This document shows positions 7,525 to 18,300 of a stretch of 36,000 bases of DNA, piece after piece; within the stretch, counting starts at the first letter, position 1; the number at the start of each line of letters is the position of its first letter. The position numbers and the translations under genes were made by a program. The notes under the pieces were generated by a model. The model had not been told where the DNA came from, made no database searches, and saw nothing but the letters and a program-made list of their open reading frames with translations. Origin of the DNA: a virus (taxonomy: Duplodnaviria > Heunggongvirae > Uroviricota > Caudoviricetes); IMG/VR virus record IMGVR_UViG_2534681759_000010, positions 1 to 36,000 of that record. One strand, 5' to 3'.

Positions 7525-9429
7525 ATGAAACTAATTTCTAATAAGGCCAAATTAAAAAAGATTCTCAGAAATGCAGCCAAATATATTACGCCACCGCCTA
7601 AACTCCTTCCTTCTGAATGGTGCGAAGCGAATATGGTGCTGGTAGATGGTCCTCAAGCGGGGGATAAAGTTAAATTGCTGTCATTCCAGAAAGGCATGAT
7701 TGATGCTCCTTTCCTTGAGAATAAGAAAAAGTATGTACTGATGACCAGTGCGCAGATCGGAAAAACTACCATCCTAAACGGTATCCTGTTTAACCAGATG
7801 GCTAACGATCCATGCAATATGATTATCGGACAATCAACCGCTAAAGAAATGTCTCAATATCTCGCGGGTAAGATCCGACCGTCTATCGAAGCATGTGATG
7901 CATTGAAAGACGTGGTTACAGACAAGAATGATCGTAATGCGGTTAACAACAATAACCAACTCCAGTTAAAAACGAATCACTTCCTGTACATGGTATCGCT
8001 TACCAGTCCATCAACCCTACGCGGTAAGACCGCAAAGGTTGGATTGCTTGACGAAATCGATGCTGCCACAGCCTCAGAAGAAGGTGATCCGGTGGCACTG
8101 GCTGCTAACCGTTTAACTACCTTTGGCGATGAAGGTCGATTAGTCGTATCCAGTACCCCGACCAGTAAGCTGGGAAGCATTAACCAGCAATGGTTATCAA
8201 ACGATATGCGTATGTTTTTTGTTCCGTGTCCTCATTGCGGGGAACACCAGGTGATCGAGTGGGAAAACGTTCAATTTGAATGGCGTAACATTGATGGTAA
8301 GAACTTACCCGATCCTGATACCGCTCGTTATATTTGCCCCCACTGTAAGAACGCATGGACCGAAGGGGAACGAATCAGGGCAGTAGCACAAGGCGAGTGG
8401 AGAGCAACCCGTGAAAGTGAGGTAGCAGGATTCTGGATTAGCCGTCTGTATTCACCTTTCAGCACGATTCGCGCTTGTGTGGTTGATTTTAGTCATGCGT
8501 GGCAATCCTTTGATTTACAATCATTTTATAACACCGTGTTAGGCAAGGTATACGACGATCAGGACACGGCAGTAGAAGCAAATGAACTGGAACAACTCAA
8601 AACAGATGTTTCTATCGAGAATATCCCTGATGACGTGATTTTCTTGTGTGCGGGTACTGACCAGCAATTAGATCGCGCAGAAACTACGATCATGGGCGTG
8701 GCAAAGGATAAAATTTATATTCTGGATCACCGCAGCTTTTACGATCATAACTGTGAACGATATGAATCCCCTGTATGGGATAGATTAATCAACTTCCATA
8801 AAACCAAATTTACTACTGTATCGGGTGATCGTGTTCCTATGCTCGCCAGCTTCCTTGATACATCGAACGGTCGATTCACTCAAGCTGGATACCGTATTTG
8901 CGGCAAGTGGAAGAACTTACACGCTATCAAAGGTAGTTCTGCTGGTAACGCTCCGATCATTCCGGTTAAACCTACCCGCACAGGTGGTCATGAATTGCTT
9001 ATGTTGGGTGTTAACGTGGGTAAAACTGCATTTCGTGAAATGTTGGCTAGGAACCTGAAAGATAATCCTCATATTGGCTTAGAAATATCAGACACCGTTC
9101 CTGATGATTATCTCGATCAGCTTTTAAGTGAATCTGTCAAGCGTACTACTACTGGCGTGAGATGGGTAAAGAACCCAGGCGTTAGGAACGAGGCGCTCGA
9201 CTGCGCCGTGTATGCTACAGCGGCTTCTCGCTACGTCCTTTCAAAAATGTCATGGGATAAACTCATTGCAATGAAAGACAGCTTAAACCGTGTTGTCGAA
9301 GAACCCGTAGAAGCTCCTAAATCGCAATCTGACGAGCAAATCGAAGAAAATAAGCCAATCACACGACCACAACGTAAAAACATCGCCAGACGTCCAAATA
9401 GAGGCCGTAGCTGGGTAACATCGTTCTAA
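7525..9429 (+). CDS. Terminase large subunit, lambda GpA family
   Basis: PCPHCGEHQ vs lambda ACPHCGEEQ; YSPFST vs YSPFTT; [12 protein letters not shown] vs AGIDSQLDRYEM; [15 protein letters not shown] vs RRNEALDCFVYALAA. Confidence 0.85.
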   Translation: MKLISNKAKLKKILRNAAKYITPPPKLLPSEWCEANMVLVDGPQAGDKVKLLSFQKGMIDAPFLENKKKYVLMTSAQIGKTTILNGILFNQMANDPCNMIIGQSTAKEMSQYLAGKIRPSIEACDALKDVVTDKNDRNAVNNNNQLQLKTNHFLYMVSLTSPSTLRGKTAKVGLLDEIDAATASEEGDPVALAANRLTTFGDEGRLVVSSTPTSKLGSINQQWLSNDMRMFFVPCPHCGEHQVIEWENVQFEWRNIDGKNLPDPDTARYICPHCKNAWTEGERIRAVAQGEWRATRESEVAGFWISRLYSPFSTIRACVVDFSHAWQSFDLQSFYNTVLGKVYDDQDTAVEANELEQLKTDVSIENIPDDVIFLCAGTDQQLDRAETTIMGVAKDKIYILDHRSFYDHNCERYESPVWDRLINFHKTKFTTVSGDRVPMLASFLDTSNGRFTQAGYRICGKWKNLHAIKGSSAGNAPIIPVKPTRTGGHELLMLGVNVGKTAFREMLARNLKDNPHIGLEISDTVPDDYLDQLLSESVKRTTTGVRWVKNPGVRNEALDCAVYATAASRYVLSKMSWDKLIAMKDSLNRVVEEPVEAPKSQSDEQIEENKPITRPQRKNIARRPNRGRSWVTSF

Positions 9430-9501
9430 TAACTCGCCGTCCTTCGGGGCGGCTTACTCCTAAATATTGTTAATCCAATAACAATTAAATAAGGGGTAAT
9501 T

Positions 9502-9996
9502 ATGAGTTTAGAACTAATTCCCTTAGTAATTCGTAAAGGCGAAAAAATCACGCTGGCGAATGAAGAGGGTGTAACAATTCAGGTAGGTAATAGCAAAGAC
9601 ATTGTCTATCAGGTCGATGATGCACCGGAAAATCACGAGATTAAAACGTTAGACTTTCCAGAAGGGAAGATGACCATTGTTATTACTCTTGATGAAGAAC
9701 TGGTATCCATGCAGGAATTAACCGTATTGCCAGTATTCGCCAAACAATCCAAAAAAGAATATCTGCGGGAAACTATCACCTTAATCGAGCAAGTTATTTT
9801 CGCCCGTTTATATGGGGACGAAGCCGCATTATCTGCAATGACAATAAAAGGGAACTCATTCGCTTATGAGTCATTGGGTGTTCTCCAGCAATTGAAGACT
9901 GATTATGAACGTCAGTTATCTAAATTAATTCAAGCCGAACGACGTAAACAGGGAATTAGCCCGATTAAAAATATCAAATTACGTCTTACGCGATAA
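9502..9996 (+). CDS. Hypothetical head protein, 164 aa, at the lambda W position
   Basis: Position between terminase and portal; weak C-terminal resemblance to gpW. Confidence 0.35.
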   Translation: MSLELIPLVIRKGEKITLANEEGVTIQVGNSKDIVYQVDDAPENHEIKTLDFPEGKMTIVITLDEELVSMQELTVLPVFAKQSKKEYLRETITLIEQVIFARLYGDEAALSAMTIKGNSFAYESLGVLQQLKTDYERQLSKLIQAERRKQGISPIKNIKLRLTR

Positions 9997-10006
9997 GGGG
10001 TAAATC

Positions 10007-11518
10007 ATGTTTAATCTTTTTCGACGCAAAAAGGCGGTAGAAACTCCAGTTAAAACTAATCACCGCCAGCAACAACCAAAAATTTTCATCGACAAATCTA
10101 TAGAAAGATACCAGAAATCTCTGGCGACTCGTAGTTTAGGACTGGTTGGTGATCGTATTGATGGATCACTTCAACAAGACACCATTACAGGAACCTTCAA
10201 TAAGGCTCTCAAATCGAACGGTAAGCGCCTTTATGATCAGGGTCGTACTCTGGCCTTAAACACTTCCGTTGGCAGTCGCTACACGCAATACATCACCGAT
10301 ATGGTGGTCGGTACTGGACTAGATCCGAAGCCGTCAATCGTTAAATCAAATGGCAAACTTGATAGCGCACTGAATAAGCAGATCGAGAATGCTTTCTGGA
10401 AGTGGGCGCAGAACGCTAAACGCTTCTCTCGTAACGGTCGCTTTAACTTCCGTGAACTGTTGGTAATGGCTGAACGTGAGCGCGTTATGGGTGGTGAATG
10501 CTTTATCGTTTTAACCAAAGAAAACAATAAGTTAAATGTTTCTATCCTGTCTGCTGATAAATGCGACTGGTCGCTAAACCGTGAAGTAAGCAAAGACCGT
10601 GCGATATATCAAGGTGTGGAGTATGACGTAGAGACGATGAAGCCCGTAGCATACTGGTTTCGTAAAATCAATCTACTGACTCAGACTTACACAGGTGATA
10701 ACTATCGTGTCGAGGCTTCGCAAGTATGTCATTATTATCAACCACTTGCGGCTGAATCTCTGCGTGGTGTGACTGACTTCCTGCCAGTGATTAAGGATAT
10801 CGCACATCAAGACGCATTCCGCGAAGCTGTATTGGTCCAGAAACGAATTTCAGCTAGTAGCATGGCGTTCATCGAGCGTCCGAAAGATTCTGGTGACGAT
10901 TTTGATACTGGTGAAGATGATGAACAATATCAAGCGCCGGAAGTTATTCACGATTTCGCGCCAGGTACTATTCAGGAATTACCGGAAGGGGCAACGATCA
11001 AGAGTATTCAATCCACGCAAAGCGGCGATGATTTCAATTCCTTTAACGCTGGTATGTTCACGAGTATAGCGATGGGTCTTGGCGTGTTCAATCAGGGCTT
11101 AACTGGCGATACTAGCCAAATAAATTACAGCGCCGCACGCTACGGCGAATTACTTCAAAGAACGCGCGTTAAAGCACTGCAAAACAAATTGATTGAAACA
11201 GTGGTATTGCCAATTTTCGAAGCATATCTACGCCATTATTCCGCGCGTGGTATTGTTCCGATTCGTATTACTGCAATTCCGCATATTATCGACAACACTA
11301 CTATTATCCGTCCGCGTTTTGAATCCGTCGATCCTATTAAAGACGTAAACGCCGAGATTGCTTTAATTGATAAAGGACTTAAATCACGTACTGCCGTTAT
11401 ATTAGAACGTGGTGATGATCCTGAAAAAGTATTCTCAGAGATTCAAGCCGAAAAGAGCGCACTAAATATTATCGTTAATGGCGAGGGTGAAGAAAAAAAT
11501 TCCCCAGCCGATCCCTAA
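10007..11518 (+). CDS. Portal protein, lambda gpB type
   Basis: 503 aa directly after the terminase; AMGLGVFNQGLTGDTSQINYSAARYG resembles lambda B AAGLGVSYEQLSRNYAQMSYSTARAS. Confidence 0.8.
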   Translation: MFNLFRRKKAVETPVKTNHRQQQPKIFIDKSIERYQKSLATRSLGLVGDRIDGSLQQDTITGTFNKALKSNGKRLYDQGRTLALNTSVGSRYTQYITDMVVGTGLDPKPSIVKSNGKLDSALNKQIENAFWKWAQNAKRFSRNGRFNFRELLVMAERERVMGGECFIVLTKENNKLNVSILSADKCDWSLNREVSKDRAIYQGVEYDVETMKPVAYWFRKINLLTQTYTGDNYRVEASQVCHYYQPLAAESLRGVTDFLPVIKDIAHQDAFREAVLVQKRISASSMAFIERPKDSGDDFDTGEDDEQYQAPEVIHDFAPGTIQELPEGATIKSIQSTQSGDDFNSFNAGMFTSIAMGLGVFNQGLTGDTSQINYSAARYGELLQRTRVKALQNKLIETVVLPIFEAYLRHYSARGIVPIRITAIPHIIDNTTIIRPRFESVDPIKDVNAEIALIDKGLKSRTAVILERGDDPEKVFSEIQAEKSALNIIVNGEGEEKNSPADP

Positions 11519-11564
11519 TAACCAACGGGGGGCGCAATGCCCCCAATTAATTAAAGGTGATTAA

Positions 11565-13577
11565 ATGCTTAAATTTCGCCGCGATCTTAACGGTTACGGT
11601 GGAGTTATTAACGAAGGGCATAACGATCAATACGAATTTGAAATTGCTTTCTCAAGTACACTGCCTTATCAGCGCCAATTTTGGGATGAGCAAAATCAAG
11701 AAATGGTGGTATTAGATGAAATTCTGGTACATACACCGGAAGCGGTTGATCTGTCTCGTCTGAATAATAACGCTCCGTTGCTGTTCAATCATAATTTCGA
11801 TAATCATATTGGTGTCGTTTGTAACGCTCGAATCGATGCGGATAACGTAGGTCGTGCTCTGGTTAAATTCTCTAAGCATGGCACTTTGGCTAATGATATT
11901 CGTAATAAAGTTATTGAAGGTACGATGGAAAAAATTTCTGTCGGCTATGACATTAAAGAATATCACATCGATTACGCTAAATCGCAACTCATTGTTTCTA
12001 AATGGATTCCGCACGAAATTTCATTTGTGACGGTCCCGGCGGACGATTCGGTCGGTTTAAATCGCTCTCTAAATACTATCACAGTTAATTTGGGGGCTAA
12101 ACGCGATATGACTAAAGAACAAATCGAAGAAATCAAAGAAGAACAAGAATCCGCTCAGGTTGAAGAAACTCCGGTAGAAGAAAATAAAGAACCGGAAGTT
12201 GAAGAAACTCAAGAGCGCCAAGTTGAAGAGAATGAAGAAAATGAAAATCTCGAAGACGGAAAAGACGCTGAACATCCTGAAAGTGTTGATGATGATAGTT
12301 CAACTGTTCGGGAAACAGAAGAAGTAAAAGAAGAACGTGAAGCCGCTCCGGTTGAAGAAGAAAAAACCGAGGAAGTGGCTGAACGTTCCGAAGAAGACGA
12401 ATTAGAAATCCGAGCAATCGCTCGTGAGTTAAATATTAACGAAGACGATGAAGAATTTAAACGCGCATTGGCAAATAAAGAAATCACGCCGGAAGCATTC
12501 CGCACTAAGGCACTAAATAAAATCGCTACTGCTCAACGTAACAACGAACAAATTAATAAGGAACAAATCATGGAAAAAACTTTCGATCTTAATAACGTAA
12601 TCCGCTCCCTGGTAGATGGCGACGTGCTCGGCGCTAACGAAGCTGAATATTCCGCTATGGCTGCTACTGCAACTATGCAGCGTGGTCGTGCTGCTCGTGG
12701 TGGCTCTGTATTCGTTCCGGCTGCTGCTATGCGTGCTGCTTCCGAAGGTAACACCAAAGCTACTCTGACTGCTGTTACTGATGAAAAACTGCTGACTGAA
12801 TCCTACATCGAAATGCTGCTTCCACAGTCTGTTCTGGGTCGTCTGGGTGTGACTGTTCTGTCTGGTCTGAATAGCCCGATTGCAGTACCAAAAATGACTG
12901 CTTCCAGCGTCGAAGCCTTTGGTTTTGTTGATGAAAATGGAAGTGCCCCCGAGTCGAAGGCTACCTTTGCAAACGTGAAAATGTCTCCTAAGACGTTTGC
13001 TGGTGGGAACCCGATCAGCAGAGCTAGCATTAAGCAAGTTCCCGGCATCGCTACCCTGATCACTGATCACATTAACAAAGCTGTTCGGATCAAACTGGAA
13101 CAACTGATTCTGTCTGACAAAGATAATACTCGTGGTCCGGCTGGTCTGGTTAAGCAACTGGTAGACGGTGGTCGCGTTACTAAGAAAGCCGCTTTTAGCT
13201 ACAAAGACTTCCTGAAAGAAATTGCAGCACTGACCGACGCTGGCGTTCCGGCACAGTCCATCAAGTTTGCAATGAGCGGTGCAACTTCTGCTGAACTGGA
13301 ATCTACCCTGAAAGATAACGGCGTTTCCGGTTATATCATCGAAAACGGCAAACTGGCTGGTTACGATGTAGTTACTTCTGGCGTTATTCCGGCAGACCAC
13401 ATCGTTCTGGGTGACTTCTCCGGTATCATGATCGGTGAATGGGGTGGTCTGGAACTGGATATGGACGACACCACTTACCGCGCACAGTCTGCTATCGTTC
13501 CGCGTATCTGGGTAGACCTGGACTTCACCGTAGTTCAGCCGGAAGCTCTGAAAGTTCTTCACATCTCCGCTGAATGA
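11565..13577 (+). CDS. Fusion polyprotein: HK97-type (S78) prohead protease, acidic scaffold-like linker, HK97-fold major capsid protein
   Basis: N-terminal LLFNHN...HEISFVTVPADDS fits S78 motifs; an E/D-rich stretch of about 150 aa; C-terminal half ends like an HK97-fold capsid protein (GDFSGIMIGEWGGLELD...). Confidence 0.7.
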   Translation: MLKFRRDLNGYGGVINEGHNDQYEFEIAFSSTLPYQRQFWDEQNQEMVVLDEILVHTPEAVDLSRLNNNAPLLFNHNFDNHIGVVCNARIDADNVGRALVKFSKHGTLANDIRNKVIEGTMEKISVGYDIKEYHIDYAKSQLIVSKWIPHEISFVTVPADDSVGLNRSLNTITVNLGAKRDMTKEQIEEIKEEQESAQVEETPVEENKEPEVEETQERQVEENEENENLEDGKDAEHPESVDDDSSTVRETEEVKEEREAAPVEEEKTEEVAERSEEDELEIRAIARELNINEDDEEFKRALANKEITPEAFRTKALNKIATAQRNNEQINKEQIMEKTFDLNNVIRSLVDGDVLGANEAEYSAMAATATMQRGRAARGGSVFVPAAAMRAASEGNTKATLTAVTDEKLLTESYIEMLLPQSVLGRLGVTVLSGLNSPIAVPKMTASSVEAFGFVDENGSAPESKATFANVKMSPKTFAGGNPISRASIKQVPGIATLITDHINKAVRIKLEQLILSDKDNTRGPAGLVKQLVDGGRVTKKAAFSYKDFLKEIAALTDAGVPAQSIKFAMSGATSAELESTLKDNGVSGYIIENGKLAGYDVVTSGVIPADHIVLGDFSGIMIGEWGGLELDMDDTTYRAQSAIVPRIWVDLDFTVVQPEALKVLHISAE

Positions 13578-13711
13578 ACTAACGTAGAACCATCTGAACC
13601 TTCCCCCGATTTGGGGGAAGAAAATCTGATTCCATCTCAGGAAGAAGAATCTCAGACGGTTACGGCGAAAGCCACAGTTAAAAAACAACGTAAAACTAAA
13701 GAATAATAATT

Positions 13712-13740
13712 AGCCCTGCCTAACGGTGGGGCTTTTTTGT
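13712..13740 (+). terminator. Rho-independent terminator downstream of the capsid gene
   Basis: AGCCCTGCC-TAAC-GGTGGGGCT hairpin followed by TTTTTT. Confidence 0.6.
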
Positions 13741-13768
13741 ATGTAAATACTCCATAAAGGGGGTAACT

Positions 13769-14059
13769 ATGTTCAAATTATCAGAATCACAATTATCAAG
13801 AATGTTCCGAAGTGCTCCTGTATTTTCGGTGGAAGGTGGTAAATCAATTCGTGCTTATCATGAAATTACTACTACCGACGAATCAGGGGTAATGACAGAA
13901 ACAGAATTTCTATTTTGTCGTGAGGGAGACTTAAAGCAGGGTGATATTGTCATTGTAGAAAATCAGCGTTTCAAAGTTCAATACATTAAGCGCAATGGTG
14001 ACAATACAACTGATTGCTTTATTACTCTGGCAGGGGGTACACATGCTCGCTACCGTTAA
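13769..14059 (+). CDS. Putative head completion or head-tail adaptor protein, 96 aa
   Basis: AGGGGG RBS; position after the capsid gene. Confidence 0.4.
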   Translation: MFKLSESQLSRMFRSAPVFSVEGGKSIRAYHEITTTDESGVMTETEFLFCREGDLKQGDIVIVENQRFKVQYIKRNGDNTTDCFITLAGGTHARYR

Positions 14060-14465
14060 TAACATGCCTAGACTGAAAATCAAACGCGCCTTGCAAGATA
14101 TTATCGAACAAGATTTAGGTCTGGCTTTAAACGTAGAACAAACTCAGCAAGGCTTTAGTGATGACGTGGTTTGTTGGATCACCGGAATGAATGAGACTTA
14201 CACGCGTGTTCGTGGCGGTAATGCAATGCAAGCTGAATGTGTTATCGAAATGCAATTGTATTCTCAGATTCATGAAACCAAAATTCATGAGGGTATTTGC
14301 CAGATAATCCAGATTCAGCCGGATAACCCACGTTTTAAAGATTTGGGCTTCGCTATTTCAGATATCACTCCAGTAGCTTCTAATACCGATTATGACGATG
14401 ATTCTAGTGATGGGGGTATCGTTGGGACACTTAGCCTTAAATTTTCTTATCTAGCGCGTTTTTAA
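14043..14465 (+). CDS. Putative neck or tail-terminator protein, 140 aa
   Basis: Internal ATG with AGGGGG RBS (track start 13995 + 48); overlaps the upstream gene by 17 nt. Confidence 0.4.
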   Translation: MLATVNNMPRLKIKRALQDIIEQDLGLALNVEQTQQGFSDDVVCWITGMNETYTRVRGGNAMQAECVIEMQLYSQIHETKIHEGICQIIQIQPDNPRFKDLGFAISDITPVASNTDYDDDSSDGGIVGTLSLKFSYLARF

Positions 14466-14474
14466 GGGGTAATA

Positions 14475-15308
14475 ATGAATATTACACAAGATAACTTAGA
14501 CATTTTCACGGGGTCACATGTTGTCGTTTCCGTGTCTGATATGGTTGATAACCAGCCGGACTTCTTCGATCCCAGCTTTAGCCCGATTGATAACGTGGCA
14601 TCATTCCCGACGATCACCGAATCCACCGAGATAGAAACTCTTGAGGAATATGATCATGATGCTACTGGTAAACTTGCCGGATACCGCAAATTAGAACCGA
14701 CTACGCTTGTTTTAAACCGTGTTATCGACGACGAACATCAAGCAATGTTGATGAAAGCGGTAGAGGATAAAACACCTTTACGCTTCCGTATGTTCTATGT
14801 TGTGAACTCCGGTTACAGTGCTGCTAACACAGGTTACTATGTGATCTATGATGCTTATGTCACATCACACAAAACCCGTGGTAGCGATAACAAAGCTGTA
14901 ACTATGGAATTTAAGATCGAACCTGATGGCGGGATTCTGGATCGCGGTATTGCAACCGAGGGTCGTCTGCTCCGTCAGGGCGATATGGGCGTTGGTGCAG
15001 GAATTAGCCCGTTCACTGGTCCTACCGATAGCGAAGTATTAGCGGGTAACCGTTTCGTAACTTATCAGGGATCGAGCGCATCTAATCCATTTAGTGCTGA
15101 TACTTCACTAATTCACGTTCAACCTAATGACGATGGTGGATGGCAATTAACTTGCACCGCTTCCGGCGCACCACGTTTACGAGTTCGCACAGTCCAGAAA
15201 GACGGTAATTCTGGATGGGTGAAAGTGTATTCCACAGAAGAAAAACCGACACCAGCCGAGATTGAAGCCGTTTCTATCCATGACCGGATCGATTTCGGTG
15301 AGTTCTAG
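14475..15308 (+). CDS. Structural protein, 277 aa; C-terminus carries a KPTPAEIEA motif shared with the tail fibre
   Basis: GGGG RBS; C-terminal EEKPTPAEIEAVS echoes DKPTPAEIGAYS inside 15384..18914. Confidence 0.45.
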   Translation: MNITQDNLDIFTGSHVVVSVSDMVDNQPDFFDPSFSPIDNVASFPTITESTEIETLEEYDHDATGKLAGYRKLEPTTLVLNRVIDDEHQAMLMKAVEDKTPLRFRMFYVVNSGYSAANTGYYVIYDAYVTSHKTRGSDNKAVTMEFKIEPDGGILDRGIATEGRLLRQGDMGVGAGISPFTGPTDSEVLAGNRFVTYQGSSASNPFSADTSLIHVQPNDDGGWQLTCTASGAPRLRVRTVQKDGNSGWVKVYSTEEKPTPAEIEAVSIHDRIDFGEF

Positions 15309-15383
15309 TATTCACTTCCTAAATAAAACATGACGCGGGGAGGTTAACGCCTCCCTTATTCCTGTTTTATGTGAGGTGATTAG

Positions 15384-18300
15384 ATGCAATCAATCCAATT
15401 TAAGCGAACTAATGTAGCTGGCAAAAAGCCAACGCCGGAACAATTACAGGTCGGTGAGGTAGCAATCAACCTTAAAGACCATGTTATTTTTACCAAAGAC
15501 CGAGATCATGAAGTAGTTCAAATCTCTGTTTCTCCTGAAACTCACGCGGCACTAGAATCTAAAGTTGATGCTAACAAACAAGAACTGGATAGTACAATTG
15601 CAGTAAATGACCGCAATATTCACGCTAAAGTAGATGAAATTAAACAAACTACTGATGCAACCATCGCAGCAAATCACGCAGAAATTAACAATAAAGTTGA
15701 TGTAATTAAACGCGAAACCGACGCGACAATCGAGGCCAATAAAAATAAAGCTGCTTCCGATCTTGCTGGTGTTAAAGCTGAATTGTCGGATACCATCAAC
15801 GCTAATAAAAATGCGGCTGCTGTAGCAACTCAGGAACTGGACACCCGCATCAATAAAAAAGTTGATGATATTAAATCCCGTACCGATGCAACCATCGCAA
15901 GCAATTACAAAGCAATCAATGACAAAGTTGATTTGATTAAGGCAGAAACTGACCGCACTATCGCAGCAAATCACGCCTATGCGGAAAATCAGTTAACTGA
16001 CACCTACAATAACCTTACTGGTGTGATTGCGGCTAATAAGCAAGAGGCAGCGGATAACGTCGCAGCATTAACCCGTGATGTTGAAGCCAAAAATTCAGCA
16101 ATTCATAGCAAAGTTGACAATAACAAGTCTTACACTGATTCTGAACTGGCACGCTTAGAAAGCCGTATTGATGCAGCCGACGGATCGAGTGATGGCAAGT
16201 ACATCAAAAAACACGTAAACACTTATACTGATGGTTATTTGTTGTCTAAGACCGCAAACTATTTTGATGATCCGACCGCACGAAATCTTGATTATTTTGG
16301 TGCATTCCGCATGAATGACCTGGCGGGTCATATTGCAATGATCTTGCATGTTCCGCATCCATCTGGTGTTAATCATGCTCGTGGCTTTGAGTTCACTTAT
16401 GGGTCTAATCCGGTTCATACGGTAAGAACATACGGCTACGATGAATTGGGTAACTTGTCATATTCTCACCGCATGTATCATGAAGGCGATAAACCTACTC
16501 CGGCTGAAATTGGCGCATATTCGAAAGCAGAAATTGACCGACTGTTCCAGAAGACGCTTAATTTTGGGATCGAGGGTGGTTGGTTTAAACTAGGCACTTT
16601 GACAATGCCACAGCAACACGGTCGTAGTGCTAAGATCCGCTTAGTTGGTGGTAACGGTTATAACGTCGGGATGAATGGACAAGCCAATATTATCGAATTG
16701 GTGATTCGATGCGGCAACAATAGCCCGAAAGGTGTTGTATTCAATGCGTATTATACTATTTGGCATTATGAACAACATTTTTGCGCTATTCCAACCGATG
16801 GCGACAATTACGATCTTTACGCTTACTACGGTGCACATACAGGATTTGTTTTAGCAGAATATCAAGTTTCTTCCGGTGGTGTTTCTTTAAACCTGTTGGA
16901 TACTCCTGAATATCTGGGTGGTGAAAAACCTGTTGCAGATGAAATTTTTGATGCTCTTAACATTTCATCGTTCAATAACTTTAGCAACCGTGGAACGTTA
17001 AATTTTGCTGGAAACCATCAAGGCCAATACGACATTGAGCATATGAACGAACAACCGACAAATGCTAAAAAGATGTTGCGTCGCTTCCGTAGTTCTGCTC
17101 CTGCCACTATCTGGCACGAAAGTGTTGATGACCAAAATTATCGTCTTGCTACTGGATATACCGATGTAACCCAACAATTATTGCTTTCGGCTGTAACCGG
17201 TTTGCATATTCGTAGATTGACCATCGATGGTGGCTTGGGTTCCGGTTCTAATGCTGGTATTGATATTCGTCGAGGACCAAACGAAGCAAGCCATTTTAAT
17301 TTTATGGATTATCGCACTGGTCAAGATGTTCGTAATGGCTGGTTTGGTTTTGGTGATTTGACGACCAAAGATTTTATTTGGTGGAACGATAACGGTCAAA
17401 ACTCAATAAACTTGATCGAAAACGGTGAATTGCATATTACTGGCGGTAAAGGCCAGAAAATTGTAATGAATAGCGAAGTTGCATTATCTGAAAATGCTCG
17501 TTTGGCTGTCAGAGGCGGTAACTATGGTTTGATATTACGCAATGATGGTTCTAACTTCCATATTCTTACTACCGATTTAAAAGATTCTTTTGGTAATTGG
17601 AATAATCGCAGACCATTCAGCTATAATTTTGAGGACGGTGGACTATATTTAGGTGGCACTGAAACTGCTCGTTGTTTGCATCTGGGAATTGATGGTAGCA
17701 CTCGTCTCGAAGACAACCTTTTCTTTAAATCTGGTTCTCGTCAATCTATGGACTATATGGAACTCGTCCATTGGGGGGCAAGCAATACAGGTCGAAATAA
17801 CGTTTTAAGTCTTCGTGACTCAAAAGGATTTTTAGCCGAATTTGAACGCGTGGGGGGGACTAACGGCGTTAAAACCAGATTCTTTGGTGAAACCTTCACT
17901 GACGGTACATTATACCTAAATCAGATGAATAATAGCTCTGAACGATTCTCTATCAACAATTGGGGAAATTCAGAAGTTGGTCGCGCGGCAGTAATGGAAA
18001 TCGGCGATTCAAAAGGTTATCACTTCTATACTGAACGTAGGACAGATAACAGTTTGATGTTTGATGTTGCTGGCGCTTTTACTGTGCATGGATCTAGCGG
18101 GATCACTATCAAAAACTCTGATGGTGCTCGTCACATCTGGTTTAGAGATAACAGCGAATCGGAAAAGGCTGTTATTTGGGCGACCGATGAAGGTATTTTA
18201 CATATTCGCAATAACCACGGTGGACCATTTAGTCATCACTTTAAGGGTGCAATGATTCAACTGGAAGGGCGTGTTCCTTATGCCGCAGATCAAGGACTTA

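Noticed and set aside
7977-9058. ORFs 7977..8180 (-) and 8825..9058 (+) inside the terminase gene
   Set aside because: Embedded in or antisense to the large terminase ORF, which has clear family motifs.
11712-13688. Minus-strand ORFs 11712..12014, 12069..12505, 12513..13688 (391 aa), 12533..12757 and 12803..13063
   Set aside because: All antisense to the protease-scaffold-capsid ORF. The E-rich scaffold region generates F/L/S-rich antisense frames, and the 391-aa ORF has no recognisable fold and an arbitrary-looking composition.
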